DNA from: an uncultured Lactobacillus sp.
Lineage (GTDB): Bacteria; Bacillota; Bacilli; Lactobacillales; Lactobacillaceae
DNA length: 64,000 bases
Direction of reading: 5' to 3'
Assembly: GCA_945872695.1 (NCBI GenBank)
Contig: CAMCAL010000002.1
Span: 504-64,503, forward strand
The translations under genes and the position numbers were made by a program. Position 1 is the first letter of the stretch. Each line of letters begins with the position of its first letter. The notes beneath the pieces were generated by a model. The model was not told the origin of the DNA and did not search any database. It saw only the letters and a program-made list of their open reading frames with translations. This document shows positions 59,986 through 64,000 of this stretch, in pieces.

Positions 59986-61350
59986 TTGGAAGAACAACAG
60001 CACGCACATATTTTTAGTGTTCCGATGAAGAGTCGGAAGACGACGCGGTGGGACATGTTTGCTACCTGGGTCGGGGCCAACGCTAACAACGGGACCTGGT
60101 TTGTCGGCGGGGTCCTGGCCGCGTGTGGCTTTGCCCTGGCGATGAAGGTCCTGGTCCTATCATCAGCCCTCTCCTACGTATTCTTGAGCCTGATCGGTTA
60201 CATCGGCTACAAGACCGGGGTTTCGACGATGAGTATTAGCCGGGCATCGTTTGGTGAGCGCGGGAGTTACCTGCCTTCTCTAGTTAACATCACTCAGTTT
60301 ATCGGCTGGACTGCAGCCAATACCTTCATCGCTGCCCAGTCCGTCAGCATCCTCTTCCACGACCTGCTCGGCTGGCCGGTCTGGGGTAAGCACGGTGGTT
60401 ACCTGGGTCTTGTTGTCGGGATCCTGATCATGAGTGTCCTCCACATCATCAGTGTTTCCAGCGGTTCCCGTTCCGTTCAGATGATCGAACGGCTGGGGAT
60501 CATCCTGGTGCTGATCTTCGTGATCTGGGAATCAATCGCTGTCTTCCGAACGGTTTCACTGGGTCAGATCGTCCACTGGCAGGTGCCGGCCCACGCCAAG
60601 ATGGCTACTGGGGCCGCCATTGACTACGTAGCCGCCTTTAACCTGGCCTGGGTAACCGCAGGGGCTGACTTCACCCGGTTCACTGCTAAGCGCGATAACG
60701 CCATTTACACGCCATTCTTCGGGGCCCTGTTTGGGGTGGTTTGGTTCGCCTTCATCGGTTTGATCTCCACGATCAGTATTGCGATCTCAAGTGGGGTCTA
60801 CGATGCCAACAACTCCGATCCATCGACGATTGCCAGCAAATTAGGCCTGGGGGTTGTCGCCCTCCTGGTCATCATCTTAACGTCGATGACGGCCAACGCG
60901 GTCAACCTGATGGCTGCTGGTTCCGCCCTGTCCAATATCTTTACCAAGCTGCGCCTGAAGTACTCACTTTGGATTGTGGTGCTCCTGGCAACCATTGTGA
61001 CCTTCATTCCGATGTTTGTCGGCAGCTTTCTGACCACCTTTGAGTCCTTCCTGGATTACGTGGGGATGGTCCTGGGGCCAACGATTGCCATTATCTGCAC
61101 TGACTTCTATATTCGTGCTCACCGGCAGTACGATATTAACGAATTGGGGAAGGTAAACGGAAAATACTGGTACCATGGTGGTATTAATTGGATGGCAATG
61201 ATAACATTTGTTTTAGGAGTTGCCTTCTTTGTTGGCGTCCACCAGCTGCCACTATTTGCTAACACGATTGGGGCCACCTTTGTTGATATGGTCTTGAGTG
61301 GCTTGCTGTACTATGTATTGATGCTGTTTGCGGATCGAAAGGAAGCATAG
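59986..61350 (+). CDS. codB: NCS1-family cytosine/purine permease
   Basis: 454 aa, 12 TM segments, with a CodB-like N-terminus (WDMFATWVGANANNGTW). Confidence 0.8.
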   Translation: MEEQQHAHIFSVPMKSRKTTRWDMFATWVGANANNGTWFVGGVLAACGFALAMKVLVLSSALSYVFLSLIGYIGYKTGVSTMSISRASFGERGSYLPSLVNITQFIGWTAANTFIAAQSVSILFHDLLGWPVWGKHGGYLGLVVGILIMSVLHIISVSSGSRSVQMIERLGIILVLIFVIWESIAVFRTVSLGQIVHWQVPAHAKMATGAAIDYVAAFNLAWVTAGADFTRFTAKRDNAIYTPFFGALFGVVWFAFIGLISTISIAISSGVYDANNSDPSTIASKLGLGVVALLVIILTSMTANAVNLMAAGSALSNIFTKLRLKYSLWIVVLLATIVTFIPMFVGSFLTTFESFLDYVGMVLGPTIAIICTDFYIRAHRQYDINELGKVNGKYWYHGGINWMAMITFVLGVAFFVGVHQLPLFANTIGATFVDMVLSGLLYYVLMLFADRKEA

Positions 61351-61352
61351 CT

Positions 61353-62591
61353 ATGCTGATTAAGAATGTTCATATTGATAACCATGAAGAAACGTCCGAT
61401 GTTCGGATTGTTAACGGCAAGTTTAAGGAAATCGCCCCGGAATTGACGGCGGTCGACAACGAACAGGTGATTGATGGTAAAGGAAATGTCCTCTTGCCAC
61501 CATTCGTGGACTCGCATGTCCACCTGGACGCCACGCTGACGGCAGGCCAGCCGGAATGGAATGAGAGTGGGACCCTTTTTGACGGGATCCGAATCTGGAG
61601 TGAGCGTAAGCAGGATCTGACCAAGGAAGACGTTAAGAAGCGGGCCAGAAAGACCATTGAAAACATGGTGGGGCATGGGATCCAGCACGTCCGGAGTCAT
61701 GTTGACGTTACCGATCCCCACCTGATTGCTGCCCAAGCTTTGCTGGAGTTGCGGGAAGAATTAAAGGATCAGATTGACCTCCAACTGGTTGCCTTCCCCC
61801 AAGAAGGAATTCTGAGCTATCCCCACGGTCGTGAACTGATGGAACAGGCCGTCAAGGAAGGGCTGGACGTTGTTGGTGGGATTCCACACTTTGAATTCAC
61901 CACCGAATACGGTTGGCAGTCAGTTCACTTCCTGATGGCGCTGGCCGACAAGTATGACCGGCTGGTGGATGTTCATTGTGATGAAATCGATGATCCCGCA
62001 TCTCGGAACCTCGAAGTGCTGGCTACCGAGGCTTATGAGCGGGGGATGAAGGACCGGGTCACCGCCAGCCACACCACGGCGATGGGGTCCTACAACAATG
62101 CCTACACCTACAAGCTGTTCCGCCTGTTGAAGATGAGTGACATTAACTTCGTCTCCAACCCGCTGGTTAACGTTCACCTTGGCGGTCGCTTTGACACCTA
62201 TCCAAAGCGGCGGGGGGTAACCCGGATTAAGGAACTGACCAACGCCGGCATTAATGTTTCCTTCGGTGAAGATGACGTTCAAGATCCATGGAATCCACTG
62301 GGCAATGGTAATATGCTCGATGTAGTGACGATGGGTGTCTACATTGCCCACCTGATGGGTTATCACCAACTGCAGGATGCCTTTAACTACGTGACCTACA
62401 ATGGTGCCAAGACGATGCACATCAGTGACCAGTACGGAATTGAGGTCGGCAAGCCGGCCAACTGTATTCTCCTTAACGCTGCTGACTTCTACAATGCCCT
62501 GAACAAGCACGTCGAGGTTCTCTACAATATTCGTCACGGTAAGATCCTGGCCGAAACTAAACCGGCCGAAACGAAGATTAATTTGAAGTAG
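61353..62591 (+). CDS. codA: Cytosine deaminase
   Basis: LPPFVDSHVHLDATLTAGQPEWNESGTLFDGI...GIQHVRSHVDVTD closely parallels E. coli CodA (PPFVEPHIHLDTT...). Confidence 0.9.
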   Translation: MLIKNVHIDNHEETSDVRIVNGKFKEIAPELTAVDNEQVIDGKGNVLLPPFVDSHVHLDATLTAGQPEWNESGTLFDGIRIWSERKQDLTKEDVKKRARKTIENMVGHGIQHVRSHVDVTDPHLIAAQALLELREELKDQIDLQLVAFPQEGILSYPHGRELMEQAVKEGLDVVGGIPHFEFTTEYGWQSVHFLMALADKYDRLVDVHCDEIDDPASRNLEVLATEAYERGMKDRVTASHTTAMGSYNNAYTYKLFRLLKMSDINFVSNPLVNVHLGGRFDTYPKRRGVTRIKELTNAGINVSFGEDDVQDPWNPLGNGNMLDVVTMGVYIAHLMGYHQLQDAFNYVTYNGAKTMHISDQYGIEVGKPANCILLNAADFYNALNKHVEVLYNIRHGKILAETKPAETKINLK

Positions 62592-62603
62592 TATGAATGA
62601 CTA

Positions 62604-62638
62604 AAATGCCGCTAGCTGGTTGAGCTGGCGGCATTTTT
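62604..62638 (+). terminator. Intrinsic terminator of codA
   Basis: ATGCCGCTAGCT / AGCTGGCGGCAT is followed by TTTT. Confidence 0.8.
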
Positions 62639-62864
62639 GCGTCCCTAATCTTTAAGAAAATCTGTAGTTGTTTAATCTTTAATTTAATATTCTGTAAATG
62701 TGTCAAAATGCGACGAAATCATGATATTGTATTACTTAGCAAAAGAAGTGTTTTATTTAAAGGCAACTAAAAATAGGTGTTCCCCCCTATGACTAATGCT
62801 GATAGATAAAAGTAACACTAAATGCTGCTTTTATAGTTTGATTGATCACAGGAGGATAGATGAA

Positions 62865-64000
62865 ATGTTATCAAAAAAGAACGCAAAATTAATGATTCAA
62901 AAACAACAACCGCGCAAGCAACGCTTTGGTATTCGGAAACTTAGTATTGGTGTGGTATCAGTACTCCTTGGCTTATTGTTTATCGGTGGTGGACACAGTG
63001 CGTCCGCTGACGACCAGGTAGGAACTGATGCAACGGTCGTAACGGGTACGGTGAGCAGTGCCCCAGCAAGTGCCCAGCCGGTAGCTAGTGCTGTGTTGCC
63101 AACCTCAGCAGAAGCGGCCAGTGTGAGCAGTGCCGATACTGTAGCAGATACTAATGTGACCACATCAAGTGCTGCTAATAGTGTGGTAGCTGATACCCCA
63201 TCGCTTAGTGCTCCAGTAACTAGCCAGGTGGTGTCAAGTCAACAACCAGCAACACCCGTAACGAGCGATGCGGTAGTTGGGAGCGACCCGGTAGCAAGTG
63301 ACCAGCCAGTTGATTCTGTGGTGCCGGATTCACAGGTACCAGTGGTTAGTGATACACCAACTATTGATAGTGGTTCTGGTGAAAGCACTGCACCAGGAGA
63401 AGGCCTGCCAGGAACTGGTGATACTGGTGAAGTAGTGACGCCGCCAGCAATTGACCAGCCGGGTGAGACAGAAGCTCCTAAGGATGGCGTGCAGACGGTT
63501 GATAAGATTCACACTGACCAGATCCTAAAAGACAAGTATGGAATTGATGTGAACCACCTTGATGCCAAGAGTGTCCTACTGTTAGCATCACTTTTCCACA
63601 TCTTTGCCAACGAAGCTAATTTAGGCGCTGATGTGAATGGGAACATTGCCGTCGGAATCCTTAACAGTAACGTTGATTTTGGAACTCGTGGAGATTCCAT
63701 TAACTTAACTAAGGGTGACATCTACTACATTCAACAACTTAATACTGGATTGCAGAGTGGATCATTCCGAAATGAGCTCTTTAATCATGTAATATTCGGT
63801 AAGGATGTCAACGTCGAGATTATCAATGGCCAGGTGTACGTCAACGGTAACCACATGGTCAACTTAAAGCCTGAAGAGGTCTTCAAGGACGGTGCCGGGA
63901 CAAACTACATTGACTTCCCAGCACTCTTCCAACGATTACTTAATGCGGCTGGCTTCTACGCAAGTCAGGAAGAATCGGCAGGGGTAATCAAGGACTTCAG
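62865..64000 (+). CDS. Large cell-surface protein, N-terminal part (the 3' end lies outside the window); it has a YSIRK-type signal peptide and a choice-of-anchor-A-like domain
   Basis: My own translation gives MLSKKNAKLMIQKQQPRKQRFGIRKLSIGVVSVLLG..., followed by an Ala/Ser/Val/Thr/Pro-rich spacer. Then comes LLLASLFHIFANEANLGADVNGNIAVG, which resembles the choice-of-anchor A domain. The frame is open to the window end. GGAGG lies 9 nt upstream of the ATG. Confidence 0.7.
   Translation, partial: MLSKKNAKLMIQKQQPRKQRFGIRKLSIGVVSVLLGLLFIGGGHSASADDQVGTDATVVTGTVSSAPASAQPVASAVLPTSAEAASVSSADTVADTNVTTSSAANSVVADTPSLSAPVTSQVVSSQQPATPVTSDAVVGSDPVASDQPVDSVVPDSQVPVVSDTPTIDSGSGESTAPGEGLPGTGDTGEVVTPPAIDQPGETEAPKDGVQTVDKIHTDQILKDKYGIDVNHLDAKSVLLLASLFHIFANEANLGADVNGNIAVGILNSNVDFGTRGDSINLTKGDIYYIQQLNTGLQSGSFRNELFNHVIFGKDVNVEIINGQVYVNGNHMVNLKPEEVFKDGAGTNYIDFPALFQRLLNAAGFYASQEESAGVIKDF

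Overview
The window looks like a chromosomal core region of a Lactobacillaceae-type Firmicute (about 50% GC, possibly Limosilactobacillus). That assignment is inferred from gene content and was not checked by any search. It is densely packed with housekeeping genes. Several blocks are syntenic with Bacillus: metG-tatD-rnmV-rsmA-veg-ispE...purR-glmU-prs, DUF1934-rpoE-pyrG-murA-rpmE2, and HD/lipL. It also holds the complete dltXABCD operon, acpS-alr, murF-cshA, lemA-htpX, srtA, trpS behind a T-box, a LexA-box-controlled Y-family polymerase cassette, melA, helD and ndk. Other units are a Zur-box-controlled zinc ABC transporter, a codB-codA pair, a polar amino-acid ABC operon headed by an MtaA/URO-D-like protein, and a tightly coupled ppx-mvaA-unknown-sir2 operon. 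One stand-alone tRNA-Thr(GGU)-like gene is present, and the 5' part of a YSIRK-signal surface protein runs off the right edge. I saw no transposases, prophage genes, CRISPR arrays or obvious defence islands. The most interesting signals are regulatory or small. First, a 28-codon Met-Cys-Cys leader ORF is embedded in tandem terminators upstream of the MtaA-like/ABC operon, next to a perfect 14-bp palindrome on its -10 box. Second, an unclassified structured leader with a terminator precedes codBA. Third, an unknown HExxH protein sits between mvaA and a sirtuin. Fourth, two small ORFs are missing from the ORF track: dltX and a 39-aa ORF. All functional calls rest on motif recognition by eye, not database searches.
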